From: an uncultured Methanosarcinales archaeon
GTDB taxonomy: Archaea > Halobacteriota > Methanosarcinia > Methanotrichales > Methanotrichaceae
Length of the DNA stretch: 64,000 bases
NCBI GenBank assembly: GCA_963843555.1
Contig: CAWJKV010000007.1
Location: forward strand, 1-64,000
Direction of reading: 5' to 3'
Below the pieces are notes generated by a model that had not been told where the DNA came from, searched no databases, and saw only the letters and a program-made list of their open reading frames with translations. Positions 21,648 to 32,335 of the stretch are shown in pieces (within the stretch, counting starts at the first letter, position 1; each line of letters begins with the position of its first letter). The position numbers and the translations under genes were made by a program.

Positions 21648-22416
21648 TGTTATCTCCGAGATCAAGAAGGACTTTATCTACAACCTGCTCATCAAAGGAG
21701 AGAGGGTCGATGGCCGGACTTTTGATCAGTACAGGGAGATCTCCATCGAGAGGGATGTCATCCGTAAGGCCGAAGGCAGCGCTCTGGTGAAGCTGGGTTC
21801 AAGCCAGGTGCTCGTGGGCGTGAAGATGCAGCCCGGCGAGCCTTTCCAGGATTCGCCCAATCGCGGAGTTATAATTACCAATGCCGAACTGGTGCCACTG
21901 GCCTCGCCAAACTTCGAGCCCGGACCACCTAATGAGGTAGGAATTGAACTGGCGCGCCTGGTGGATCGAGGGGTTCGTGAATCAAAGGCAGTGGATCTGG
22001 AAGCGCTCTGCATTGTTCCAGGCAAGCAGGTTTGGATCGTATTCATCGATGTGCATATCCTGGATGACTGCGGGAACATCCTTGATGCCGCCTCGCTGGG
22101 CGCTATTGCAGCACTTCTCTGCACCAAGGTGCCGGCATCCAGGTTTGGCCTTGGCGAGGACTACATCTTGCCCATAAGGGACATTCCCATAGCCACAACG
22201 GCCACGGAGTTCAGCGATGTTTTGATGTTTGATCCAGGCGTCGATGAAGAGGCCATAGCCAATACCAAGCTCACTGTCATCACTACTGCAAGCGGGAATA
22301 TCTGCGGCATGCAGAAGAGCGGCACAGGAATGTTGAAGCCTGAGCAGATCTACCGCATCATTGATATAGCATGTGAGAAGGCGAAAGAAATCCGGGAAAA
22401 GTTTCTGGAAGCATAA
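21634..22416 (+). CDS. rrp42: exosome subunit Rrp42
   Basis: [35 protein letters not shown]. Confidence 0.97.
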   Translation: MPVTNVISEIKKDFIYNLLIKGERVDGRTFDQYREISIERDVIRKAEGSALVKLGSSQVLVGVKMQPGEPFQDSPNRGVIITNAELVPLASPNFEPGPPNEVGIELARLVDRGVRESKAVDLEALCIVPGKQVWIVFIDVHILDDCGNILDAASLGAIAALLCTKVPASRFGLGEDYILPIRDIPIATTATEFSDVLMFDPGVDEEAIANTKLTVITTASGNICGMQKSGTGMLKPEQIYRIIDIACEKAKEIREKFLEA

Positions 22417-22431
22417 ACGGAAGTAAAGATC

Positions 22432-22713
22432 ATGGTTAAGCAGACTACAAAAGGACGGAAGAGCAGATCAGCAGCCCGGTTTGGTCCAAGGTACGGTCGC
22501 AAGTCACGAAAGCTCGTGGCCGATTCGGAAGAGAAGAGCAAGGCTTCGTATGACTGCCCACAGTGCGGAAGGAATAGAGTAAAAAGGACAAGCACAGCCA
22601 TCTGGAGCTGCAGCAAATGCGGCTACACCTTTGCGGGCGGTTCTTTCCTGCCTGAGACATCTTTAGGCCGCTCTGTGTTGCGGTCTCTCAAGAAGACCCT
22701 TGAGGTAGTGTAA
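22432..22713 (+). CDS. rpl37ae: 50S ribosomal protein eL43 (L37Ae)
   Basis: RFGPRYG, CPQC...IWSCSKC...FAGG. Confidence 0.96.
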   Translation: MVKQTTKGRKSRSAARFGPRYGRKSRKLVADSEEKSKASYDCPQCGRNRVKRTSTAIWSCSKCGYTFAGGSFLPETSLGRSVLRSLKKTLEVV

Positions 22714-22716
22714 GAG

Positions 22717-22854
22717 ATGGCTTATAAGTGCACCAGATGCAAAAAGACGGTAGAGATTGATTACGAGTATAGCGGCATACGCTGTCCTTACTGTGGGCAT
22801 AGGATCCTGATGAAGGAGAGGCCCACTACAGTCAAGAAGATGAAAGCCGTCTGA
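22717..22854 (+). CDS. rpoP: RNA polymerase subunit P (Rpo12), 45 aa, below the ORF-track cutoff
   Basis: [45 protein letters not shown] read directly. Confidence 0.95.
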   Translation: MAYKCTRCKKTVEIDYEYSGIRCPYCGHRILMKERPTTVKKMKAV

Positions 22855-23267
22855 TGTTAGTCACCACCTCGCGAGATCCGTCTGCTAAGGCGAGACGGTT
22901 TGGAAAGGCTCTGGCCTCTTTCCTCTCTCTCCCATACCTGAATCGCGGGAAGAAAGCACCGGAAGATGATGAAACCTGGTTGGTGGTGGTTGAAGATCAT
23001 GGCAACCCGCGGGGCCTGGTCAAGCGTTCTTCCGAAAAAGAGGAGCATTTGGCTTTCCGGTTATCAGGAGAGCCAGAGGTGGGACGGCAAAAGAAGTGTG
23101 TGCCAGTAGTGACGGGAACAGGCCCTGATGCTCTGCCAATTGCTCAATTCTTCGAGCTGGAGTGGGTGGAGACATATTTGTCCTGCCCGGAACGCACGCT
23201 GTCTGTAGCATCTGGCAGGATCGATTTCATTGATGAGGGCGAGGCCAAGTTCAGGCTGAAGATATGA
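22854..23267 (+). CDS. Brix/Imp4-like ribosome biogenesis protein
   Basis: [10 protein letters not shown]...YLNRGKK...HGNP; superoperon position. Confidence 0.85.
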   Translation: MLVTTSRDPSAKARRFGKALASFLSLPYLNRGKKAPEDDETWLVVVEDHGNPRGLVKRSSEKEEHLAFRLSGEPEVGRQKKCVPVVTGTGPDALPIAQFFELEWVETYLSCPERTLSVASGRIDFIDEGEAKFRLKI

Positions 23268-23491
23268 AAGGCTGTGCAGAGATCGTCTTTGAGACAGCGC
23301 ATTATGAAGAGATCTATCAGGCGCTTGTGCCGGAACTGGATGACGAGCTTCATAGGTCCAATGTCGAATTGGACCCGGGAGTTGGTTTCATTCGATTGAA
23401 GATCCGGGGTGAGGATGTGGTCTCTCTCCGGGCAGCCTTAAATACCTGGATAAGGTTGGTCAATATCGCATTTGAGATGGTGAGTTTATGA
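23264..23491 (+). CDS. pcc1: KEOPS subunit Pcc1
   Basis: ALVPE, EDVVSLRAALNTWIRL. Confidence 0.92.
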   Translation: MKGCAEIVFETAHYEEIYQALVPELDDELHRSNVELDPGVGFIRLKIRGEDVVSLRAALNTWIRLVNIAFEMVSL

Positions 23492-23850
23492 GTGGCGAAT
23501 TGCCTCCGCAGATACAGAACCAGTTGGCCCAGCTCCAGCAGCTCCAGCAGCAGGCTCAGGCCGTTATGACTCAGAAGACCCAGATCGAGGGTCTGATCAG
23601 AGAGACTGATGCCGCGCTGAAAGAACTGGAGAAGAGCGCGGACGATGCCGTTATATACAAGAGCGTCGGCGAACTTCTGTTCAGAGCTGATAAAGCAAAG
23701 CTTACAGAAGAGCTGAAAGAGAGAAAGGATATGATGGATATCAGGCTGAAGACCATGGCCAAGCAGGAAGAACGTATTCAGGGCCGGTTCACTCAGCTTC
23801 AAGAGCAGCTCAAGCAGACACTAGGTCAGATGCCGCCCAAGGGCGGCTAA
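23488..23850 (+). CDS. pfdB: prefoldin beta subunit
   Basis: LPPQIQNQLAQLQQLQQQ, IYKSVGELL. Confidence 0.96.
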   Translation: MSGELPPQIQNQLAQLQQLQQQAQAVMTQKTQIEGLIRETDAALKELEKSADDAVIYKSVGELLFRADKAKLTEELKERKDMMDIRLKTMAKQEERIQGRFTQLQEQLKQTLGQMPPKGG

Positions 23851-23860
23851 AATCCAGTGT

Positions 23861-23935
23861 GGACCCGTGGCTTAGCCAGGATATAGCACCGGGCTTCTAA
23901 CCCGGGGGTCGCGGGTTCGAATCCCGCCGGGTCCG
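23861..23935 (+). tRNA. tRNA-Arg (anticodon TCT)
   Basis: Acceptor stem ggacccg/cgggtcc; anticodon arm ccggg-cttctaa-cccgg; T arm gcggg-ttcgaat-cccgc. Confidence 0.96.
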
Positions 23936-23956
23936 CCTTATTATTCTCGAGGAACT

Positions 23957-24145
23957 ATGTGCGAACTTACAGTTTACACTTTAAAAGGAAACGCCCGTGA
24001 TAAGGCGATGGAAGGAGTAGTCAGGCTCATTGTCCATAATGGAAAAGTGCTCATGGAAGGCATCTTTGGCGATTCCATGGAAGTGGAGGGAAAGCTTGCC
24101 GAAGTGGATATCATGGCCCAGTCAGCCAATATCATAATCGCCTAA
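23957..24145 (+). CDS. CooT-like nickel-binding protein
   Basis: MCE N-terminus, GIFG...EG motif, 62 aa. Confidence 0.75.
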   Translation: MCELTVYTLKGNARDKAMEGVVRLIVHNGKVLMEGIFGDSMEVEGKLAEVDIMAQSANIIIA

Positions 24146-24596
24146 AGAGGATAACAAGTGCTCTGGCTCCTAAATTGGGTGCCAGAAAAAAAGCAAAGAA
24201 TATCCTGGAAGCGATCAATTGCAGATAGGTACGGAATGGATAGAGCAAGTGATCTGATATTTTATTTGAAATATCGCAATAAACCTTCTTATTGATATCG
24301 GAATTCGAAGCTCGCCCTCGAATTCTACGATCCGCATTAAACGCCTTCAATCGATGGCTAAATTGGTAATGAACAGTTATTATATAATTTTATTTTAATT
24401 AATTTTTTGTCGTAGAGCTATAGAACTACATTTATTGGACTGTTAATAACTTATAAAGTTAATTTAAATTGTTTAGAAACATATAAATATCATCGAAAGA
24501 TACTACCTATTAGTCGAGTCTTGTCATGGGGTTCGGAAAACATGATGAATGATATGATTAGGCAATGTTGGGGATCTGAAAATCATTCAGGGTACT

Positions 24597-25109
24597 ATGC
24601 CAACAACAAAAATGGGCTTTAACTCGGCACGTATTCTGCTCGCCGAGAATAATGAATCAAACCGGAAGGTAACCTCGCTAATGCTCAAACGTCTGGGCTA
24701 TCATGCAGACGCAGTTACCAATGGCAAAGAGGTCCTGCTGGCCTTGAAACACCAGCCTTATGATATAATTTTGATGAACTTAAGGATGCCGGAGGTAGAC
24801 GGATTCGAAGCTACCAGGATGATTCGCGAATGCTGTCCTGAAACCGCCCAGCCCACGATAATAGCCTTTACAGCCTATATCCTTCCCAATAGCAAAGAGA
24901 GATGCCTTGAAGCTGGTATGAATGATTTCATGGCAAAGCCGGTGAAGATGGATGATCTGGCTGCGATGCTGAGCAAGCACGCAAGAATTTTGGAGTTTCA
25001 AGCTGAGTTTACACAATTTCAAGAGGAGGCGTTTTGTAACCGTGGCCCATTCCCGAAGAATGGACAGCCGATCTTTCCATTCGATCAAGACCATTCCCTA
25101 AAAAATTAA
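24597..25109 (+). CDS. stand-alone receiver-domain protein lacking the phospho-acceptor Asp
   Basis: ILLAENN...YDIILMNLRMPEVDG...IIAFTA...AKPV. Confidence 0.88.
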   Translation: MPTTKMGFNSARILLAENNESNRKVTSLMLKRLGYHADAVTNGKEVLLALKHQPYDIILMNLRMPEVDGFEATRMIRECCPETAQPTIIAFTAYILPNSKERCLEAGMNDFMAKPVKMDDLAAMLSKHARILEFQAEFTQFQEEAFCNRGPFPKNGQPIFPFDQDHSLKN

Positions 25110-25177
25110 AAAGGCAAATGTCGAAGATCATCTTCGGCTCACAAAGCTTATGAACTTTAAATGAGATAAACCCCTTT

Positions 25178-25741
25178 ATGCGATCGAAAAATGTAATTTG
25201 CATATTATTCATATCCTTGCTTATGGCATTCAGCACGGTTTGCCTGGCAGAGGATAGTGCCAGCCCAGCGACTGCGAACCTGACCATCCCCAAAGATGGG
25301 CTGCCAGAGGACTTCAAGCTCCTCGCTGTTCTCCCTGAGATGGACCCTCAAGTGAACATGACCACTTACATCGAAGAATTCTACGGTGACTTGGATATCG
25401 GGCCTGCCAATGCTTCCGTGGGAATATACCAGTGGGGCGAACCAGGGAAGTCCTATGATGCCAAGATCACCCTGATCCGACTTTTGGATGAAGAGCATGC
25501 CAAAGCTGCCATCTCCAACTTCAAATCCCAGGAGACATACAAGAGTCAGCTGGCAAGAGGTCTGCCGATCTTCGGCAATGCTTCCGTCAATGGTCATGAG
25601 GCATTAGAAGTAAAGGATATCAGAGGAGATAACAGCATAAGATATCTCTACCTCTGGAATGCTGGAAGCACTGTGGCATTCGTTGAGGGCAACGGGGATA
25701 TGAATCAGAGCCGGATGCTGGCCAATGCCACCGGGCTCTGA
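25178..25741 (+). CDS. secreted hypothetical protein
   Basis: Signal-peptide-like N-terminus; clean 187-aa ORF. Confidence 0.7.
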   Translation: MRSKNVICILFISLLMAFSTVCLAEDSASPATANLTIPKDGLPEDFKLLAVLPEMDPQVNMTTYIEEFYGDLDIGPANASVGIYQWGEPGKSYDAKITLIRLLDEEHAKAAISNFKSQETYKSQLARGLPIFGNASVNGHEALEVKDIRGDNSIRYLYLWNAGSTVAFVEGNGDMNQSRMLANATGL

Positions 25742-25753
25742 ATCTCAAACTTT

Positions 25754-26791
25754 TCAAGTTTTTTCGTACCGGAGCCCGAGGCCATTCTCGTTCCAGTCGT
25801 AAACGGGATGGCTTATGCGCCTGTGTCCCGAAGCCTGCAGGGCCTGCACCACAATCGGCACGGTGATGGTAGCATCAGAGAAGACCTGCACTTTGCTTGC
25901 CTCCTTCTTCACCTTGCCCCAGGAGACCGCCTCCTCGAAGGTGCAGCCGGACAGGCCGCCCCAGTGCGGAGCGTCTGTGGTATACTGAAGAGCATAACTG
26001 TGGCCTCCGGAGTAGTTGCCTATGAGCTCGGCAATGACCTCTGTCTGCTGGATGAAGTTCTTCGGCACTCCGCCACCGATGTAGATCACTCCCGTCTTGG
26101 CGGACTTCTCAACCATTCTTGTGATCTCATCCACGTCCTTGATCTGGTCGATCATAACGCTGGTGCCTTCGCGCAAAGCCAGGACCATGCCTATGCCCCA
26201 GGAGCTGTCTCCCAGAGCTGGCACGAAGATGGGGACTCCTGCTTTATGGGCTGCCCCCAAGATGGTGGTATCCGGCAGCCCTTTGCCCACCAGGTGCATC
26301 AGCTCGCGTGAAGAATAGCGGCGGTTCGGGTCGAGTTTCTTAACAAAATTGGAGATGTAGTTGTCAGCTTTATGCAGCTCGACCTCAGACACAAAGACGT
26401 CATAGATCCGATCGATCTTGCATTCATTGAGATAGGCGTCGTCGGCACATGCGCTTCCTCGGTAGTGGATTATGCCGAGGCCCTCGCATAGGTCGTGAAA
26501 GAGATTAGCTCCCGTGCTCACCAGGCAATCCACCTTTCTCTCACGCAGGAGGTAGGCGATGAACTCGCCCAGGCCCGCAGGCACCATCGCGCCTGCCAGG
26601 CCGAGGAAGATCGTTACATCCTCATCCAACATGCGCTCCCAGATTCGTAGGGATGCGCCGAGCTGACCTCCCTGAAAGCCCATCTTGCCCATATCCCTTA
26701 CGAGATCGGCTACACCACGGTCCTTCACAGGTATCGTAGTCCTTATCTTTTCACCATTACAAACAAAATCATGACCGAGACCGTGATCCAT
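25754..26791 (-). CDS. deoxyhypusine synthase family protein
   Basis: GFQG, VSTGAN, IDRIYDV, GGGVPKNF, GGLSG, EAVSWGK, DATI. Confidence 0.93.
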   Translation of the reverse strand: MDHGLGHDFVCNGEKIRTTIPVKDRGVADLVRDMGKMGFQGGQLGASLRIWERMLDEDVTIFLGLAGAMVPAGLGEFIAYLLRERKVDCLVSTGANLFHDLCEGLGIIHYRGSACADDAYLNECKIDRIYDVFVSEVELHKADNYISNFVKKLDPNRRYSSRELMHLVGKGLPDTTILGAAHKAGVPIFVPALGDSSWGIGMVLALREGTSVMIDQIKDVDEITRMVEKSAKTGVIYIGGGVPKNFIQQTEVIAELIGNYSGGHSYALQYTTDAPHWGGLSGCTFEEAVSWGKVKKEASKVQVFSDATITVPIVVQALQASGHRRISHPVYDWNENGLGLRYEKT

Positions 26792-27050
26792 TTTACCCCT
26801 CCGGAGCTGTTCTCAAATAGTTCATCCTGGAAATGTTTAAAGGTTATCCCATCAGGCTAAAGGACTTCATCATGAAGCTTTATATACGAAAAAGGTCTCT
26901 AAAGCAAAGTTCGATATGATCAGCCTTGCTCAGGAGATGTGGTTGATCGTATGTTCGTTGTAAGCGGATTTTTATTAAGCATCGAGGAAAAAGCGATGAA
27001 GACGGATTCGGGGCTGGGGAGCAGGGAACAATTGGGGAAGGCTGAGAATC

Positions 27051-28988
27051 ATGTGGAAGGCTGAAGATTCTATCGAGCTCTATGGAATAGAGAATTGGGG
27101 CAACGGCTATTTTTCAGTTAATGATAAAGGCAATATTATTATATTACCTAATAAGGATCGCGCTCAGTCTGTGGATATTATGGATCTCATCGAAGAGATC
27201 GAAAAATCAAAGGATCTGGAATTTCCCGTGCTATTGCGATTTCCTCAGATGCTGGACGATCGGATCAATGAGATAACTGGATCCTTTTTAAAATCCATTG
27301 AAGAATTCTCCTACAAAGGCACTTATCAGCCCATCTTTCCCATGAAGGTCAACCAGAGAAAAGAGGTTATCGAATACATCATCAAATACGGCGCCAAACA
27401 CAAGATCGGCCTTGAGGTAGGAACGAAAGCAGAGCTACTGGCAGCACTCTCTTTGGGTCTGCCTAAAGAGGCGCCCCTCATCTGTAACGGCTACAAAGAT
27501 GAGGACTATCTGCGACTGGCCCTGAGCATCCATAATATAAATAACATAATTATTGTAGTAGACCTGTTTGAGGAGATCTTCGATATCCTGAAGTATGCAG
27601 ATATCATGGGCATCGTTCCCCGCATCGGTATGAGAGTGAAGCTCTTTGCCCGCGGCTCCGGCCGATGGGTGGAATCAGGAGGTGAATCTGCCAAGTTCGG
27701 CCTTTCCACCAGCGAGGCTCTTGAACTGATGAAAATGCTGCAGGAGAGAGGTATCACTGACAGCCTGAAGATGATTCACTTTCACATCGGCTCGCAGATC
27801 ACTGATATCAGGACCATCAAGAACGCCATGAATGAAGCGGCCAGAATCTATGCCAAGGCGCGCAAGATGGCCAATATCGAGTACCTCAACGTGGGTGGCG
27901 GCCTTTCCGTGGACTATAACGGCTCCAACACTGCCACGCCCTCCAGCGCCAACTATTCCCTCCGCGAATATGCCAACGACGTGGTCTACACCGTGCAGAA
28001 GATCTGCGAGGACGAAGATGTGCCCTGCCCCACCATAGTATCCGAGAGCGGAAGGGCTATTGCCGCCTATCACAGTATGCTGATCTTCAAGATCATAGGC
28101 AAAAAGAATGCCAAGGACTCAAGGCTGCGAACGCCCATAGAGGAGGATCCCATCCAGATCGACGATCTATGCAGCGCTTTCAAGGAGATAAACATCGACA
28201 ATTACAAAGAGCACTATCACGATGCTCTGCAGTACAGGGATGAGCTGTACGATTCCTTCAACCTGGGAAATATCGGCCTGGAGGAGCGGGCCAAGGGCGA
28301 GACGCTCTTCTGGATGGTCTGCAAGAAGGCAGCTATTCTGGCCAAGCAGGCAGAGGATGACTCGGACGAGTTCCTGGAGCTGAAGAAACTGGTAAGCCAG
28401 AAGTATATCGGCAACTTCTCTCTCTTCCAGTCCGTCCCGGATATGTGGGGCGTGGAGCAGATCTTTCCCACCATCCCTCTGCACCGCCTGAATGAAATGC
28501 CCAGCGAGCGCGGCCGGATTGTGGACATCACCTGCGACTCGGACGGGGAGATTAAGAGGTATGCAGGCGAAAGCGAGGGTCTGGAATACCTGGAGATGCA
28601 CACTCTAATGGAGAATGAGGACTATTACCTGGGCATCTTTCTCCTGGGGGCATACCAGGATACTCTGGGAGACTTCCATAACCTGCTCGGATGCGCTCAT
28701 GAGGTGCATGTCATGGCCGAGGGCGATGACTGGTATATCTGTCAGAAGGTGGAGGGTGACACCTGCAAAAAGCTACTGGACTTCTTCAATTATGAGACCA
28801 AGGACTACATCTGGGAGATCATGGACCGCTGCGTGACGAAGAAGGAGTGCATCCACAAGAAAGAGCTCGAGGTGATAGAGGCAGAGCTCAACAGGACTCT
28901 GAAGGGTTACACCTACTTCATCACCAAACCCAATGGATCAGGCAGGAGCAAGGAGAATGACAAGGCCTGCAGCATCCTGAAATATTGA
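27051..28988 (+). CDS. speA: biosynthetic arginine decarboxylase (bacterial-type, PLP-dependent)
   Basis: PVLLRFP, PMKVNQ, CNGYKD, HFHIGSQI, SESGRA, NFSLFQSVPD.W, DITCDSDG, GAYQ. Confidence 0.96.
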   Translation: MWKAEDSIELYGIENWGNGYFSVNDKGNIIILPNKDRAQSVDIMDLIEEIEKSKDLEFPVLLRFPQMLDDRINEITGSFLKSIEEFSYKGTYQPIFPMKVNQRKEVIEYIIKYGAKHKIGLEVGTKAELLAALSLGLPKEAPLICNGYKDEDYLRLALSIHNINNIIIVVDLFEEIFDILKYADIMGIVPRIGMRVKLFARGSGRWVESGGESAKFGLSTSEALELMKMLQERGITDSLKMIHFHIGSQITDIRTIKNAMNEAARIYAKARKMANIEYLNVGGGLSVDYNGSNTATPSSANYSLREYANDVVYTVQKICEDEDVPCPTIVSESGRAIAAYHSMLIFKIIGKKNAKDSRLRTPIEEDPIQIDDLCSAFKEINIDNYKEHYHDALQYRDELYDSFNLGNIGLEERAKGETLFWMVCKKAAILAKQAEDDSDEFLELKKLVSQKYIGNFSLFQSVPDMWGVEQIFPTIPLHRLNEMPSERGRIVDITCDSDGEIKRYAGESEGLEYLEMHTLMENEDYYLGIFLLGAYQDTLGDFHNLLGCAHEVHVMAEGDDWYICQKVEGDTCKKLLDFFNYETKDYIWEIMDRCVTKKECIHKKELEVIEAELNRTLKGYTYFITKPNGSGRSKENDKACSILKY

Positions 28989-29086
28989 GAATTGAGATTG
29001 GCTCTCCAAGACGGGATTTCGGGCCTAAATAGACGAGAGATCACAGCCAATAATTTTAACTTCCAGGACGGCTCCAGAGAGGCCTG

Positions 29087-31076
29087 ATGCATTCGACGGC
29101 CAAGAGAGATAGTCCTATTCTGGCGCTGCCGGGGTTCTTAGCAAGCGCTTTTGCGATAATCATAGGATGCCTGGCCCTTCTGACCTCTATTCCTTCCCTG
29201 GGTCGCCAGACGGAGTACGGTTATCTGCTCTCCCCCGCAGCAGGTGGTTTTCTCTTCATTCTGCTGGGGCTGGCGGGTGCCCTTGGTGCGAGTCTGTATC
29301 TGGAGAGCCGGAGGGCCACAAGGGTGTTGGCGGCTTTTGCTATCCTTCTGGCCTTGCCAGGCCTTCTTGCAATGGCTGTCTTCAGGGAATGGGCGGCCTG
29401 TCTCCTGCTGATAATAATTGCGGCCGCAACTCTTTATGCAGCAAAAACAGATAGAAGCGCTTTCCTGTTGCTCTTTGCCGGATTTGCGGGGTTTCCAATC
29501 GGCCAATGGGCGATAATCACTTTGCCTTATGGATGGAAGACCTGGGTTATCCCGGGAGTTCTTTTTGTCTTCGCAGGTCTCCTCATTGCCGGTCGAGGAG
29601 ATTTGTTGCGCCTGCCATTTCTAAACGACAAGAGCGGCAACGCCAGTCTGGCGAGTCGCTTTCTCTATACCCTGCTCGGCCTGGTCCTGATAATCCTCTC
29701 CACGGCAGCGCTCATCCACATTCCTGCAGACACGGGTCGGGGATTGGCAGGTACGGCTGGTACTCTTGCCCCCGGGCAGGCAAACGAAGCCGCCAATTCC
29801 TGGAATCCAAACGGTATGGAGGAGGCGGAGGAGGCGGTGCTGCTGAATAATTGCGATTGTGAAAATGTGTCTCTCGCAAACACAAGCTCCAAACCCTTCG
29901 AACAGAGCTGCCAGGAGGACGTTCTGAGAGCAAAGATCATCTCTCCAGAAGACGTGCAAACCTTCCCGCGAGGGGAAACTGTCTTCTTCCGGGCACTGGC
30001 TTGCGGAGAGGGGCCTTTCCAATACCTGTGGTGGTCCAACCTGGATGGCATAATAGGAAGCCGCGAATCGTTCCAGAGCCGTAATCTCACGCCGGGATGG
30101 CATACTATTACCCTTGACGTTACGGATAGCCACGGCTCCTCGGCCTCGGCGTCCATAGAATTGGGCATCGCACCACAAATGGTCTGCGGCAAAGTCAATC
30201 CCCGGCCGAAATACTATCCCGTAGACACCCCCTGCCAGGACATATGGCCAAATGGCACGGCCCAGTGCCAGCAGATCGAGGTCTGCCATCCTGATCTGGA
30301 TTATATCGTGGTCGATGCTGTCAGGTGCTGCAACGGGACAGACAAACCACGGCTCGGCCTGTGCTTATGCTCTGGCCAACTCCGGAGGCGACAAGAAAAA
30401 GTGCCGCGGCCTTTACATAATTCGCGCCTTCGGGCCGGATGCCGTTTACATGCAGGGCTATGCGCTCTTCAAGGCCTGCTGTTCCGGCTATCCGGAGTGC
30501 ACCCGCACCTCCTGGCCGAGCCTGGCAGGCACCTGCTCCTTCCGGGAAGGGTTCAACCAGAATGTGCAGAACATATCCTGCCGGCCGGAGGAGTGGGGCG
30601 TCTCCGCCTGGCATTCGGATACGAATATGAGCCTGAACAGCGCCGTGCTGGGTCTCTTTCCCACACACGCCACTGTGAACATCCTGAGAACGGGCGTCTG
30701 CATCGATTATGCTGCCGCAGTGACCACGGCCTTACGGAAAGCCGGTTACAACCGGACGGAGGCGCTGACCACCTCCAGCATGGGCTACGATCTGCCCCTG
30801 CTGGGAGACCATCCCGGTCATGCCTATAATCTGGTGAAGCTTCCCGGAGACGACCTCTATCACATCGTGGACACCACAGGCAATGGCGAGGGCATCAACC
30901 TGGAGGGCTTGCCGCATTACTTCCGGTTTACGGGCAACTTCATGGGGCAGCCGGTCAAGGTCCGGGTCTTCGACTGGTGGGTCGGGTACTGCAGCAAGAT
31001 CTCGCCAAACAGCTTCAATGATGCAGGATATACGAGGACGCCGGAGAACTCCAGCATTTGCGGATGTTCGGAGTAA
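29087..31076 (+). CDS. membrane protein with PKD-like, Cys-rich and transglutaminase-like domains (frameshift near 30350)
   Basis: Several TM helices; YLWWS...GWHTITLDVTDSHG; GVCIDYA...GHAYNLV...IVDTTG triad in ORF 30252. Confidence 0.75.
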
Positions 31077-31087
31077 CCTGTGATCCC

Positions 31088-31952
31088 GTGATCAATCCGA
31101 GAAGATACGGAAGTGCGCCCTTTCGCTTGGCCGTCATCCATGGGGGCCCGGGCGCCTCAGGGGAGATGGCGACGGTGGCAGAGGTGCTATGCTCCGACCG
31201 GGGAGTTCTGGAGCCTATGCAGACAGAGGGGTCCCTGTGGGCGCAGGTCGAGGAGCTGAAGAGCCAGTTGCAGGAGCTGCCAACCTTCCCGTCACATTGA
31301 TCGGCTTTTCCTGGGGCGCCTGGCTCAGTCTGATCCTGGCAGCGCAATATCCGTATCTTGTCAGCAGGCTGATCCTGATCGGATGCGGACCCCTTGAGGA
31401 AAAGTACGTCCCCAAAATCATGGAGACGAGGCTCTCCCGCCTGAGCGAAGCGAGAAAGAGGAGGCCAAATGCATCCTTGCGGCTCTGGAAGACGGGAGCC
31501 TTGCCGTTGATGAGGCGAAAAACAAGAAGATGAATCGAGCAATGGCCCGAATGGGTGAGCTCTTCCGAAAGACAGATGCTTTTGATCCAATGGAATGCAG
31601 ATCAATTCAATCGGATCTGGCCGCAGACGATTCGATCTTGCCTGAGTCTGGATGCGACGATTCAATTGCGCAACTTGATTCGGACATCTATCAAGCCGTA
31701 TGGCAGGAAGCCTCGCTCTTGCGACAAAAGGGCGAGCTGCTCGATCTCTGCAAAAAGGTCCAGTGTCCGGTCATAGCCATCCATGGCGATTACGATCCGC
31801 ATCCCCCAGAAGGGGTCCGGGAGCCTCTCAAGGACGTTCTGAAGAGCTTTCGGTTCATTCTGCTAGAGAATTGCGGACATAAGCCCTGGATTGAGAAGAG
31901 GGCAAGGGGCAAATTCTACACTATCTTAAGAGAAGTGCTGAATCAGGTTTGA
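31088..31952 (+). CDS. alpha/beta hydrolase (frameshifted)
   Basis: HGGPG, GFSWG, IHGDYDPH, CGHKPW across three frames. Confidence 0.85.
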
Positions 31953-32335
31953 TCTGAGAGATAGGGTTTCTTGACTCTCCTGGGAGATCGATAGTCACCA
32001 TTTCACCTGGATTCAACTTGGCTTTTCTCATCGTTCTAACCAAGCCTGCGCGGCGTTGAGGGCGCCCCTCTGTCCCCGCGCGTCTCACCGCGCGCGGTGT
32101 TCCTCCGGAGCCAGCCGTAGAGAACCTATAGAAGAGCAGAGGGCAATTTGTCTAGACGAGTTATATAGAACAGAGATTTGAGACTCAACTGATCTTCAAG
32201 AACAAATATCTGGGCGCATGGCCGATTTCCTGATGCAGGAACTACAGTTTCTTTATGCGAATCCGTCCGGGTTCCACCTTACGAAAAATCCATTGAAACT
32301 GGCGAGGAGTCCTTTAATCGACCATTCGCTATCTG

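Noticed and set aside
16525..23850. Exosome/proteasome/RNase P cluster as novel
   Set aside because: It is the well-known conserved archaeal superoperon
23861..24600. tRNA-Arg as an island integration site
   Set aside because: AT-rich DNA follows, but no integrase or duplicated tRNA 3' end was seen in the window
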